DNA of 64,000 bases from an uncultured cyanobacterium (GCA_963710605.1 CAVQBA010000004.1:160001-224000), one strand, 5' to 3'. Positions 23,011-32,172 are shown, counted from the first letter of the stretch. The notes: a model not told the origin generated them from the letters alone. Numbers and translations: made by a program.

Positions 23011-23139
23011 TAAGTAGTAACGCAAAATTAATTGTGTATTTTGATTATGCTTTGACAACCATAAAACCTCAACTGAATCAAGGGTGCAAACCTTGCACCC
23101 CTACAAATAAATATACAAACAATTTTGTACAGGTACTTA
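23011..23139. mobile_element. MITE family B carrying a REP-like hairpin
   Basis: Ends TAAGTAGTAACGCAAAATT… / …AATTTTGTACAGGTACTTA; internal AGGGTGCAAACCTTGCACCCCTAC at 23081-23104. Confidence 0.6.
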
Positions 23140-23233
23140 TTTTATTTAAAAGTATATTTATCATATAATTGATAGATATCTAGTTTTTATAGATTTTCTT
23201 AAAATTAAAAAGTAAAAGAGGTAATAAATAACT

Positions 23234-23794
23234 ATGAAAAACTCTTCAAAGATAGGAAATTTTACTGTTTCTACACTGAAAAATTTATTTATTTTGAGTA
23301 CTAGTATTTTGTCTTTTAGCATACCTTTACAATTTAAAAACTCCGATGTTTTAGCTCAAAACGCTCAGGCATTTATTTATGATCCTCCTTCTAATGTAAA
23401 ATTTACTCCCAATGGGCGAATTCAATGTACTATCAAATTCACCACTTATATTACTACCTACGGTTATAACAACGGTTGGTACATTACTGATGTATGCGGC
23501 GAAACGGGCTATATTCATCAAAGTCAAATAACTTTTCCAAATTCTTCCCAAAATTCATCATCATCATCACAGGACGTGGATTGTTGGGTAACGAACATTC
23601 AAACTGGACAATTAGCAGTACGTAGTAGTCCTGGAGGAGCATCTATTGCCGGACTTAATAATAACAATACAGTGCAATATATAAAAGGAGATATACCTTG
23701 GTATTATATCAGAGTTATACAAGGTCCTAATAGTCAAGTTAGTGGGAAAACAGGATGGGTAAATGCTAATTATTTAGAGTGTTATTGGAATTAA
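23234..23794 (+). CDS. Secreted protein with two SH3b-like domains
   Basis: Signal peptide; DPPSNV…WY…GYIHQSQI and LAVRSSPG…WYYIRV…GWVNANYL. Confidence 0.7.
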   Translation: MKNSSKIGNFTVSTLKNLFILSTSILSFSIPLQFKNSDVLAQNAQAFIYDPPSNVKFTPNGRIQCTIKFTTYITTYGYNNGWYITDVCGETGYIHQSQITFPNSSQNSSSSSQDVDCWVTNIQTGQLAVRSSPGGASIAGLNNNNTVQYIKGDIPWYYIRVIQGPNSQVSGKTGWVNANYLECYWN

Positions 23795-24039
23795 TATCGA
23801 TCGACAGTTATACGATTAAAGTGAAATAGGATTAAGACTGTTAAATATTTTGGGTTGTCAGAAAAATTTTGATTAAATCTACAATTAAAATATGACTCGG
23901 AAGTAACTAAAGATAAATTACGAAGACAAGCTTAAAAAAGAAATACAACCTCGAAAAATACGATCGATCGCTAGAATGAATAATATATTGTCTAACATTA
24001 TTGTGACTGGTAATAAATTAATAATTCTGATTAAACAAG

Positions 24040-24207
24040 ATGAAATATGAAATTAAATTAATTCAAAGTGAGGAAGGATACGCAGTATGTTGTCCTCAAC
24101 TTAAAGGATGTTGGAGTGAGGGAAAAACAAAACCTGAAGCGATTGAAAATATCAAAGATGCAATTCAAGAATATTTACAAGCTAAAAAAGAAGATGAAAG
24201 CATTTGA
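24040..24207 (+). CDS. Short orphan HicB-family antitoxin (55 aa, not in ORF track)
   Basis: MKYEIKLIQSEEGYAVCCPQLKGCWSEGKTKPEAIENIKDAIQEYL…. Confidence 0.75.
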   Translation: MKYEIKLIQSEEGYAVCCPQLKGCWSEGKTKPEAIENIKDAIQEYLQAKKEDESI

Positions 24208-24439
24208 AACAACAGCAAAAGTAAATAAAAATGGTCAATTATTATTAAACGAGCCTTTAAATATTGATGAAGATAGCGAAGTAAAAGTAATTGTTTTAGT
24301 CTCAGAAAAATCTGAATACGAGCCTGATGATACACCAGTAGAAGAAATAAAAGCAAGTTTAAGAGTAGCTTTGCAAGAAGTAAAAGAAGGAAAAACTCAA
24401 CCTATCTCACAGTTATGGAAGGGAGTTAATGTTGAATAA
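24194..24439 (+). CDS. RelN-like type II antitoxin (true start probably ATG 24194)
   Basis: MKAFETTAKVN…LLLNEPL…VKVIVL…EEIKASLRVALQEVKEGKTQPISQLW. Confidence 0.65.
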   Translation: MKAFETTAKVNKNGQLLLNEPLNIDEDSEVKVIVLVSEKSEYEPDDTPVEEIKASLRVALQEVKEGKTQPISQLWKGVNVE

Positions 24440-24492
24440 TACTTCTTTTTTTCCTATTCACAAATGAATTTAAGAAAAATGTTTTTACTTAG
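24429..24492 (+). pseudogene. N-terminal stub of the cognate RelE/ParE-type toxin
   Basis: ATG overlaps the antitoxin 3' end. With one T removed from a T7 run it reads MLNNTSFFLFTNEFKKNV, then runs into the convergent gene. Confidence 0.4.
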
Positions 24493-24682
24493 AATGGCGT
24501 TTAACAAAATCCAAGTATTGATTTAAATCTTCTGGAGATTCTAAAGGTGGCATTTCCACCCAGTTTCCTTCTTCATGTAATTTATCTACATAAGCATAAA
24601 ATGCTTCTCGATCGTCTCGATGTGTCATAAAATAATTATGTAATTGCTGACGATTCATATTTTTAAAATTAGGTTTATTCAT
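24485..24682 (-). CDS. DUF6887-like small protein
   Basis: MNKPNFKNMNRQQLHNYFMTHRDDREAFYAYVDKL. Confidence 0.7.
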   Translation of the reverse strand: MNKPNFKNMNRQQLHNYFMTHRDDREAFYAYVDKLHEEGNWVEMPPLESPEDLNQYLDFVKRHSK

Positions 24683-24858
24683 TGGATATATCTCCACTTT
24701 CCATTGGGATAGATTTCAATAATATTTTCATCTCCTGCTAGGAGAAAAATATTACCTGTTCGATCGTCAAGACGAACTATATTAATTGGTAAATAAAGTT
24801 TGGTAAACCAACAGCATAATATATAACACTGGGTTTTTTGCTGTAACGTTGGAATAAT
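24679..24858 (-). CDS. DUF6888-like small protein (not in ORF track; no ATG, possible ATT start)
   Basis: IIPTLQQKTQCYILCCWFTKLYLPINIVRLDDRTGNIFLLAGDENIIEIYPNGKWRYIQ*; stop overlaps the next ATG (ATGA). Confidence 0.6.
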   Translation of the reverse strand: MIPTLQQKTQCYILCCWFTKLYLPINIVRLDDRTGNIFLLAGDENIIEIYPNGKWRYIQ

Positions 24859-24910
24859 ATTTCTCTTTTTCTCATTTTTAATTATAGGATTGTGAGTAAA
24901 AAATTGGCGA

Positions 24911-24952
24911 ATACGATCGTTTAAATTTTGATGTTAATACTAACTCTCTCAT
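24911..24952 (-). pseudogene. N-terminal stub of a YafQ-type toxin
   Basis: MRELVLTSKFKRSY begins in an ATGA overlap with the upstream antitoxin stop, then loses similarity just after CGATCG. Confidence 0.55.
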
Positions 24953-25173
24953 ACATCCTCATTTAGTGTTGCATCTAACTCACTAAGGATAAAATCAAAC
25001 GATTGCGATCGTAATTTACCTTGATGAAATAAAGCAATATTTTTTTTGGCATCTTCTGCTATTTCTTGACGGCTATTTTCTATTAGTTGATTTTTGACAA
25101 TTTCAATTAACATTTCTCTTTGTTCGATAGGAAGTTTATTTACCGTTAAAAGTGCTTCTTCTAATGTAGTCAT
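24949..25173 (-). CDS. Putative antitoxin (74 aa)
   Basis: TLEEAL…LPIEQREMLIEIV…RQEIAEDA pattern; coupled to a toxin stub. Confidence 0.6.
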   Translation of the reverse strand: MTTLEEALLTVNKLPIEQREMLIEIVKNQLIENSRQEIAEDAKKNIALFHQGKLRSQSFDFILSELDATLNEDV

Positions 25174-25236
25174 AGTATTTTAATCTAACTAGTTTTTTAT
25201 TTTTAGGATAGTATTATTAACAAAAGATGATACTTA

Positions 25237-25518
25237 TTAAGAAACTACTTCTATTTTTACTTCCATACCAGCTTTTGCTAACATATTTAATAATTTATCT
25301 ACACTAAAACAAGAAATATTACCATTGATTAAGTTGCTTATTTGAGATTGAGTTTCTTTAAAAAACACAGAAGCTTGTTTTTCAGTCCAACCTCAATCGA
25401 GAATAAAAGAACGTAACTCTAACATTAAATCTGCTTTGATTTTAAGATTCATTGCTTCATCAGGTGAAAAACCCAAATCTACAAAGACATTTTCATTACC
25501 AAAAGTTATTTCTGTCAT
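25237..25518 (-). CDS. HigA-like HTH/XRE antitoxin with internal TGA at codon 42 (not in ORF track)
   Basis: MTEITFGNENVFVDLGFSPDEAMNLKIKADLMLELRSFILD*GWTEKQAS…ISNLINGNISCFSVDKLLNMLAKAG. Confidence 0.75.
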
Positions 25519-25522
25519 ATTT

Positions 25523-25864
25523 TTATAGTTGCAATTCTTTTCTTATTTTAATCATTTGCTGATAGCGTTTTTTTCCTAATTCAATATCTTTTTTTGATGT
25601 TTTTTGAGTCTTTTTTCCAAAAGCATGAAGAATATAAACTGCTTCAGGAAATCTAGCAACATAAAAAACACGATAAGTATCTCCTGTCCAAATTCTAATT
25701 TCTTGTGTACCTTTACCAATAATGGATATTGATTTGAAATGGGTAGGTTTTTCTCCTTTTTGAATTGCTCTTAGTTCAAAACCTGCTTTACGTCTAGCTT
25801 CTTCAGAAAAATTACGTATATCTTCTTTTGATGTGCCAACCCAATGGATTGGTTTATCTTTCAT
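25523..25864 (-). CDS. HigB/RelE-like toxin (Gp49/DUF891 type)
   Basis: KPIHWVGTS…EIRI…YRVFYVARFPEAVYILHAFGKKTQKT. Confidence 0.85.
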   Translation of the reverse strand: MKDKPIHWVGTSKEDIRNFSEEARRKAGFELRAIQKGEKPTHFKSISIIGKGTQEIRIWTGDTYRVFYVARFPEAVYILHAFGKKTQKTSKKDIELGKKRYQQMIKIRKELQL

Positions 25865-26063
25865 TATTTTGTTTTTTAATCTGCTTGTGGTTACAATTTA
25901 GTTAGAGTCATAAATTTAAGATACCACTAAGCGATCGTGATTCTTATCTCTAAACACAGAAAAAATAGTTGAAATCGCAATTAGACATCGATCGTACTAT
26001 CTGAAAAAATATTTCTGATTATTCTTAATAACGTTTATGTTTATGTTATTTATATTATTGTTA

Positions 26064-26987
26064 TTAAAGCTCAGTATATATAGCAATTGGATCTATTACT
26101 ATTTCATTAGGCATTTTGCCACTAAATGATTCTTCAATATTTGCTAATATCTCTATCATATTAATAATAGCTTGTTTCGGTGTTTCTGCTTCAAATTCTT
26201 GATCTACAGTGAAGTTGCTTGTATTTATTGTTTTCTCCGAGGATTGAGTAATAATACCAAAAATAACTAATTCTTTTTCTGTTTTTCTAGAATATTTTCT
26301 AATTAAAATATCTTCATTTTCTCGCAAATAATCTCGCTTTAAAAGGGAAGAGAATGAAACCTTATCAACGTCTTGTCGTATTTCTAATTGATTTTGATAT
26401 CCATATTGAATTAATGAAGATAAGCTTTCCAAGATAGTTTCATTGTAGTGAAGACCATTTTTTTTAGCCTTTATTATAAGAGGATCATTTTTACCATTTG
26501 CCTTATTTGTTTTCCCCTGAAATCCTTTTTGCTTAGTATCTATAATTATTTTTTCGCAAAGTTGAGGATTTTGTATACAAGTAATGGCTTTTCCAAAAGA
26601 ATTAAAATTTTTTATTAAGTGATCCATTTTGTCAATATCATTAAAAGTAGCTTTAGCACTAACTTTGATAAAAGATTTCTTTTCTTCAAAATCTTTTTCT
26701 GAAATATTTGTTTTTGAATTAACTACCAAAACTTTTTCTTGCCCAATTAATTTTTCTTCAAATAATGAGTATGAATAATCATGAAGATATCTTTTTTCAG
26801 TTTTACTATTACTAGAATTTATTACATCTGCAACAATTCTACCACTCCCAATTTCTCCTTTTTGCGATTCAGATTTTTCTTCTTCTTTTTCATTTTTATT
26901 TAAAATATAGTCAGTAATCCCTTCAAAAATTTGAGATGATAATGAATACATTTTTGGTTCGTCCAAATATATTAAATTTTTTATCAT
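26064..26987 (-). CDS. DUF6414-like protein
   Basis: N-terminal IYLDEPKMYSLSSQIFEG and C-terminal IDPIAIY; family name recalled, not searched. Confidence 0.6.
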   Translation of the reverse strand: MIKNLIYLDEPKMYSLSSQIFEGITDYILNKNEKEEEKSESQKGEIGSGRIVADVINSSNSKTEKRYLHDYSYSLFEEKLIGQEKVLVVNSKTNISEKDFEEKKSFIKVSAKATFNDIDKMDHLIKNFNSFGKAITCIQNPQLCEKIIIDTKQKGFQGKTNKANGKNDPLIIKAKKNGLHYNETILESLSSLIQYGYQNQLEIRQDVDKVSFSSLLKRDYLRENEDILIRKYSRKTEKELVIFGIITQSSEKTINTSNFTVDQEFEAETPKQAIINMIEILANIEESFSGKMPNEIVIDPIAIYTEL

Positions 26988-27115
26988 TTTTTATTTCTTC
27001 TTCTATTTAAATATTCTTGATAATATTTTTTTCTAGTATCGTAAATTGACCAAACAAAAACACTAATACCAATAATAACGAATAAAGATGTAGTTATCAC
27101 AATAATTGTGTTCAT
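26984..27115 (-). CDS. 43-aa single-pass membrane peptide (not in ORF track)
   Basis: MNTIIVITTSLFVIIGISVFVWSIYDTRKKYYQEYLNRRRNKK*; ATGA overlaps with both neighbours. Confidence 0.8.
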   Translation of the reverse strand: MNTIIVITTSLFVIIGISVFVWSIYDTRKKYYQEYLNRRRNKK

Positions 27116-27528
27116 TTTCTTTCCTCATCAGTTGGTAAAAGTGAAATTCTATAGTAAATTGAAAAGCTAAGAAGAAGCGATACAAATGATGAGATTAAAC
27201 AGCAACAATCTAGATTTCTTGAATTAATTATAGAATTTACGTTTTCACTCAGTAATACTAAACAAAATAAAGCACTATAAAAAATTATAAAAGCTAATGA
27301 TATACCATTTTGTATTGTTTTCCAAGAAAAGTCTCTTGATTGAATGTGTTCAATTTCATTAATATTTGAAATATGTAATACTAAACCAAAAGTAATAAAA
27401 TCAGAAGCATTGATCAAACTAACAGTATCGTTTACTGTAACAAAATATATTATTAGTCTTAACAAAATAGGAATTAAACCAACAAGTACAGTGTAAATTA
27501 ACCATTTTATTATTTTGTTTTTTTTCAT
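27112..27528 (-). CDS. Hypothetical protein with about four transmembrane segments
   Basis: Four hydrophobic stretches in 138 aa; first gene of the coupled operon. Confidence 0.75.
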   Translation of the reverse strand: MKKNKIIKWLIYTVLVGLIPILLRLIIYFVTVNDTVSLINASDFITFGLVLHISNINEIEHIQSRDFSWKTIQNGISLAFIIFYSALFCLVLLSENVNSIINSRNLDCCCLISSFVSLLLSFSIYYRISLLPTDEERK

Positions 27529-27599
27529 TTGGGACTACTTTAAACTTTACTTTTTGGCATATTAGATATTTACAGCAAATGCACCATAAAATATACTTA

Positions 27600-30420
27600 T
27601 TAATCCTCTAAAATAATATTTTCACGATGAGCTTTAACTAGACTCAACTCTTCACTACTAACCTGTTCTAACATATAACATAACCTGTCGGGCGACAATA
27701 AAGAACCATCATTTTTAGCACTACCTGTATAAGTAATATTTACCTCACTTAACGCTTCATCACCTTTACTTAATAAAGAAACAGAACGTAAATTAGGTCG
27801 AATATTAATCATTTTCGTGCTACCACGTCGATGTCTTTTTATTCGGTTTCATTTTCTTCTCAAACATAATCTCATCAGTATTAATAACATCATCTATCCA
27901 TGACTGCCATTGAGAAGGAGTAAACGTATTTTCACCCGCCGAAATAGTTACGGTATATTCAGCAGTATCTAGAATTTGAGTTGCTTTCTGAGATTTGAGA
28001 GGTAATTCTTTGACTTCATAAATAGGTAAATCAGCAGGTATTTGAGCTTTTAATTTTTCGGTAAACTCATCTAAATTCATCCGAGTATGATTTTCAAATT
28101 CGACAATTTCGCCACTACTAGTCATACCTAATGATAAAGCTAAAGCGATCGAAATCTTTGGTTCATGGATGAAAACCACCTGTATAAGTAATCGGAATAC
28201 CCGCACGTCGAACAGCTCGATCGAACAAACGTGCTAAATCTAAATGACTCAGTAAAGCCATATCTCCTTGTTTACCAAACCAAACCCGAATTTTTTGAGC
28301 CTTTTCTTGATTCGGTTTAAAATCGCCCACATAATCGGGTATAGGCGGAGGAGTAACTACAATATTATGACCAAAAGCAGGTTCGCAAACACCACAACTA
28401 CTACAACCATCAAAAGCACAATCGGGCACAGTTGCCTCTTGTAACGCTCTTTCTAAATCGTCTTTTAACCATTGTTTATCAATACCTGTATCTAAATGAT
28501 CCCACGGTAACTTTATATCGTCTAACCTCACCCCTACCCTCTCCTTAGTAAGGAGAGGGAGTTCATTTGTAGAAGAATGATTAGCCTCAGCAGACTCCTC
28601 AAGTTTCCCTCCTTTCAAGGGGGGATTAAGGGGGGTTTGTGTTTCTCCTTCCAAGGGGGGTTGGGGGATTCTTCTATGGCTTGATTAAGGGGTTGGGGGG
28701 TTTGTTCGTCATTAGGGGTTTGTGGTTCAAAAATATTCCATTCACCACTCTCGACTAAACGGTATTTCCAAGTCAATCCTGCTTCATCGATCGCTGTCGC
28801 CCACGCACCATAAGCCTTATCTATACTTTCCCACCAAGAATCCATCCCCGCACCTAATTCCCATGCCCGACGCACTACAGAAGCTAAACGTCTGTCTCCA
28901 CGCCCGACAAAATCTTCGATCGCTGAGATACGCACATCAGTATAATTAACTTTAGTACCACGGATGTTGTAAAATTGCTCTCTCAATAAATCTTGTTTAC
29001 GCAAAAATTCCGAAGTTGAAACCGAATGCCATTGAAAAGGAGTATGAGGTTTAGGAGTAAAGTTTGAGATAGTGATATTAAAATTCAGACTTTTATTACT
29101 CAAATGATTACATTCTTGTCTTAACCACTTCACCGTCTCCGCAATACCGATAACATCTTCATCAGTTTCCCCTGGTAAACCAATCATAAAATAAAGTTTG
29201 ACTTGCTTCCAACCTTCTTTTACTGCGGTTTGGATACCTCTTAATAACTCTTCATTGGTTAAACCTTTGTTGATAATATCTCGCATTCTTTGCGTACCAG
29301 CTTCGGGGGCAAATGTCAACCCTGTTTTACGTGTACCGCCGATAATATTAGCAATATTTTCATCAAATCGATTGACTCTTTGACTCGGTAAAGATAAAGA
29401 TATATTTTCCCCTTGCAGACGATTTTTAATTTCAATCCCTACCGCAGGTAAAGATAGATAATCCGAGCAACTCAAAGATAATAAGGAAAACTCATTAAAA
29501 CCTGTTTCCTTCATTCCTTCAACGATACTTTCAACCACATCTTCAGGTTCGACATCACGGGCAGGACGAGTCAACATTCCTGGTTGACAAAAACGACATC
29601 CTCTGGTACAGCCTCTTCTAATTTCGACAGTTAAGCGATCGTGTACTGTTTCTACATAAGGCACTAAACCGATCGAATATGCAGGAATAGGTGTGGCAAC
29701 TCGACGCAAGATTCTTTTTGGCACATCATCACGATTACGTTTAACACTGCCATCGGATTGCATATCGTAAAATTGCGGTACGTAAACACCCGGCACTTGA
29801 GCCAAATCTAAGAGTAATTCTTCTCTGCTTAAACCATCTTTTTTACCTTCTTCAATCACAAAACCAATTTCGGGTAACAATTCCTCTCCATCACCCATGA
29901 CAACAAAATCAAAAAAGTCGGCATAAGGCTCAGGATTTGAGGTTGCTGTTTGCCCACCTGCAAAAATAAAAGGATAGTCAGTATTATTTCTTTCTCGCCA
30001 TGTTAAAGGAATATCAGCTATACTGAGCATTTCTAAGATATTAGTTGCCCCTAACTCGTAACTCAAGCTAAAACCTAAAATATCAAATTCTTTAACGTCT
30101 CGTTTTGATTCAAGGGCGAACAAGGGGGTATTTGTTTCCCTCATCTTTTGAGCTAAATCTGGTGCTGGTAAATACGATCGATCGCATAATTGATGGGGTT
30201 GAGCATTTAAGATGTTGTAAAGAATTATATGCCCTAAATTTGACGCACCCACTTCATACACTTCAGGATAAGTTAATACCCATCTGACGTTAGCCGATTC
30301 CCAAGGTTTATTTTTTGCTCCTAATTCATTGCCCAAATAACGGGCAGGTTTCATTATCTCTGGTGTGATTAGTTTGTCAGTTGCGATCAGAGCTTCGCTC
30401 TGCCATTTCATGCTCGTCAT
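27600..30420 (-). CDS. B12-binding radical SAM protein (TIGR03960 type) fused to a TIGR03936/DUF2344 domain, split by three frameshifts (~28650, ~28162, ~27838)
   Basis: KPARYLGNE, RGCTRGCRFCQPG, LPWDHLDTG, CAFDGCSSCGVC, SHLDLARLFDRAVRR…GGFHP and ALSLG across four consecutive ORFs. Confidence 0.88.
28526..28704. repeat. Cluster of small dispersed C/G-run repeats inside the coding linker
   Basis: CCTCACCCCTACCCTCTCCTTAGTAAGGAGAGGG (28526), TCCCTCCTTTCAAGGGGGGATTAAGGGGGG (28606) and two degenerate copies; related intergenic copies at 33412 and 59843. Confidence 0.8.
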
Positions 30421-30601
30421 ACTTATTCTTAGCTTGAGATAAAAGTTACTATCAGACTTTCTATTATAAGCTTTTGGACATAGATTAGATAGCTTGAATT
30501 TTGTTTAACATTATTGCTTATCATTGTTAAGGTTATTAAGTTCTATAGTTGATTTAATAAAGATGAATATAGTCACCACAATGTTTAAGATCAAACTAAA
30601 A

Positions 30602-31447
30602 TTAAACAGTAAGCTCAGAAAACTGTAAAAGTTTTGGTACTTGAAACTTATTCTCGCACTTAGGACAAACTCCTTTACCTAACATATATCTAACTTTTTG
30701 AGCAACAGAATCAAACCCTTTATCTTTTGAAATTTGATATAACGATCGAGGAATACCGGTTAAAAATTCTACTTTTATTGGTTCGATTATAGTTCGTTTT
30801 TTAGTTTTTAGTTTTTTAGGATAATGTAATGATTTGATATTTAGATTATCGTCTGTTTCAATTTCTATTTGAGCGATCGCACAATCATTATCATCAGCAC
30901 CAATTTCTATTTCGGTATTACAAGCAGTACAATATCCAATATATCCCCAAGATGAAAGTGCAAAGTATTCAAAAATATTTTGCCATAAGACATAACCATT
31001 AAGAACAATTAAATTTGAGAGAAGATAAGTAAAATCAGTATCTGATAAATTTGGCAATTGTAAACATTCCTTATTTAAGCGTAAAAGAGTTGTAATTTCT
31101 TCTAGATAGTGATTACGCATTGGTGAATCTAAATCGATACGAGTTTTGGTAGTAGGATTTGTATTATCTTTTCCTGGACGAGCTAAATTCTCTATATCTT
31201 CTCCACTAATAATAGAGACAGCTAAACTTAGGATTAACAATCTTTCATCGGGTTGCCATTGTTCTGCTATTTTAACTAAATAGGGTAAAGCAACAAAACT
31301 AGCTTCACACACTGAGCCTTGATGACATAATCTATCCCATAATTCGTATAAAACTTCTGAATCTTGAGTAGTTTCTAATTCTTTCAACAATTCGGGAATA
31401 TCTTCTGCTGAACCGAATATATCGTTAATATTTGACCAATCTATCAT
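30602..31447 (-). CDS. Hypothetical protein with helical N-terminal domain and two CxxC motifs
   Basis: WSNINDIFGSAEDIPELL…LCHQGSVCEASFVALPYL; CTAC and CPKC. Probable start at MIDW. Confidence 0.6.
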   Translation of the reverse strand: MIDWSNINDIFGSAEDIPELLKELETTQDSEVLYELWDRLCHQGSVCEASFVALPYLVKIAEQWQPDERLLILSLAVSIISGEDIENLARPGKDNTNPTTKTRIDLDSPMRNHYLEEITTLLRLNKECLQLPNLSDTDFTYLLSNLIVLNGYVLWQNIFEYFALSSWGYIGYCTACNTEIEIGADDNDCAIAQIEIETDDNLNIKSLHYPKKLKTKKRTIIEPIKVEFLTGIPRSLYQISKDKGFDSVAQKVRYMLGKGVCPKCENKFQVPKLLQFSELTV

Positions 31448-31530
31448 TCTCTTAATCCATTGTATAATAATCTTTAAAGTATGATAAACCAAGAAAAGAT
31501 ATAATATTTAGGATAAAATGTCTTGACTAA

Positions 31531-32085
31531 TTAATTAACGATCGTCAAATAACAAGTAGGAACACGATCGACTAACCAAACATTATTTGCTGATAAATAA
31601 AACTCAAATCCATCTTCAGTCATCTGACCAGTATTTATTTCTAATAGTAACAATTTACCATGTCTTTGTCCTACCTTTTTCGCCATTTGTTTATCTGCCG
31701 ATAAATGTACGTGATGACGATTCATCTTCAATAATCCCCGATCGAAAATTGCATCCTGAAATCTGGTAGCCGTACCATGATAAAGAATATCTGGAGGGGT
31801 TGTCGGTGTTAAATTTAACTCAATCGGAATAGAATGTCCTTGATTGGCCCTGATTCTGTTGGTTTTTTGGCAAATAGTAAATCTTTGTTTATCATTGGTA
31901 GATACGATCGATTCTAATTCAGGACGACTTATATTAACTCCTTTTGAAGCACATCCTGTTAGTAATTTATCGATCGATACCCAACCTTCTTCATCTAATT
32001 CTAGACCAGCTACTGAAGGCTGATGACGTAAGATTAAACTGAGAAATTTTGATTTTTTTGTATTTTGTTTATTCGTATTTTTCAT
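31531..32085 (-). CDS. kptA: RNA 2'-phosphotransferase (Tpt1/KptA)
   Basis: SKFLSLILRH, DKQRF, IRANQGHS, LYHGT, RHHVHLS, NNVWL. Confidence 0.95.
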   Translation of the reverse strand: MKNTNKQNTKKSKFLSLILRHQPSVAGLELDEEGWVSIDKLLTGCASKGVNISRPELESIVSTNDKQRFTICQKTNRIRANQGHSIPIELNLTPTTPPDILYHGTATRFQDAIFDRGLLKMNRHHVHLSADKQMAKKVGQRHGKLLLLEINTGQMTEDGFEFYLSANNVWLVDRVPTCYLTIVN

Positions 32086-32142
32086 ATTAATAATGTGGTA
32101 AAAAATGAGTAGGTTAAAAATATTTATGGTCTGTTATTATTA

Positions 32143-32172
32143 AACCGCAGAGTACGCAGAGTACGCAGAGAG
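32143..32172. repeat. Short dispersed repeat (ACGCAGAGT-type units)
   Basis: AACCGCAGAGTACGCAGAGTACGCAGAGAG. Confidence 0.6.

Noticed and set aside
24068-24193. N-terminal extension of the 123-aa ORF
   Set aside because: This stretch is better explained by the HicB-like gene in another frame; the antitoxin starts at 24194.
26000-28140. Absence of CGATCG as proof of horizontal transfer
   Set aside because: Similar or longer gaps occur in apparently native genes (e.g. ~52050-55390), so it is supporting evidence only.
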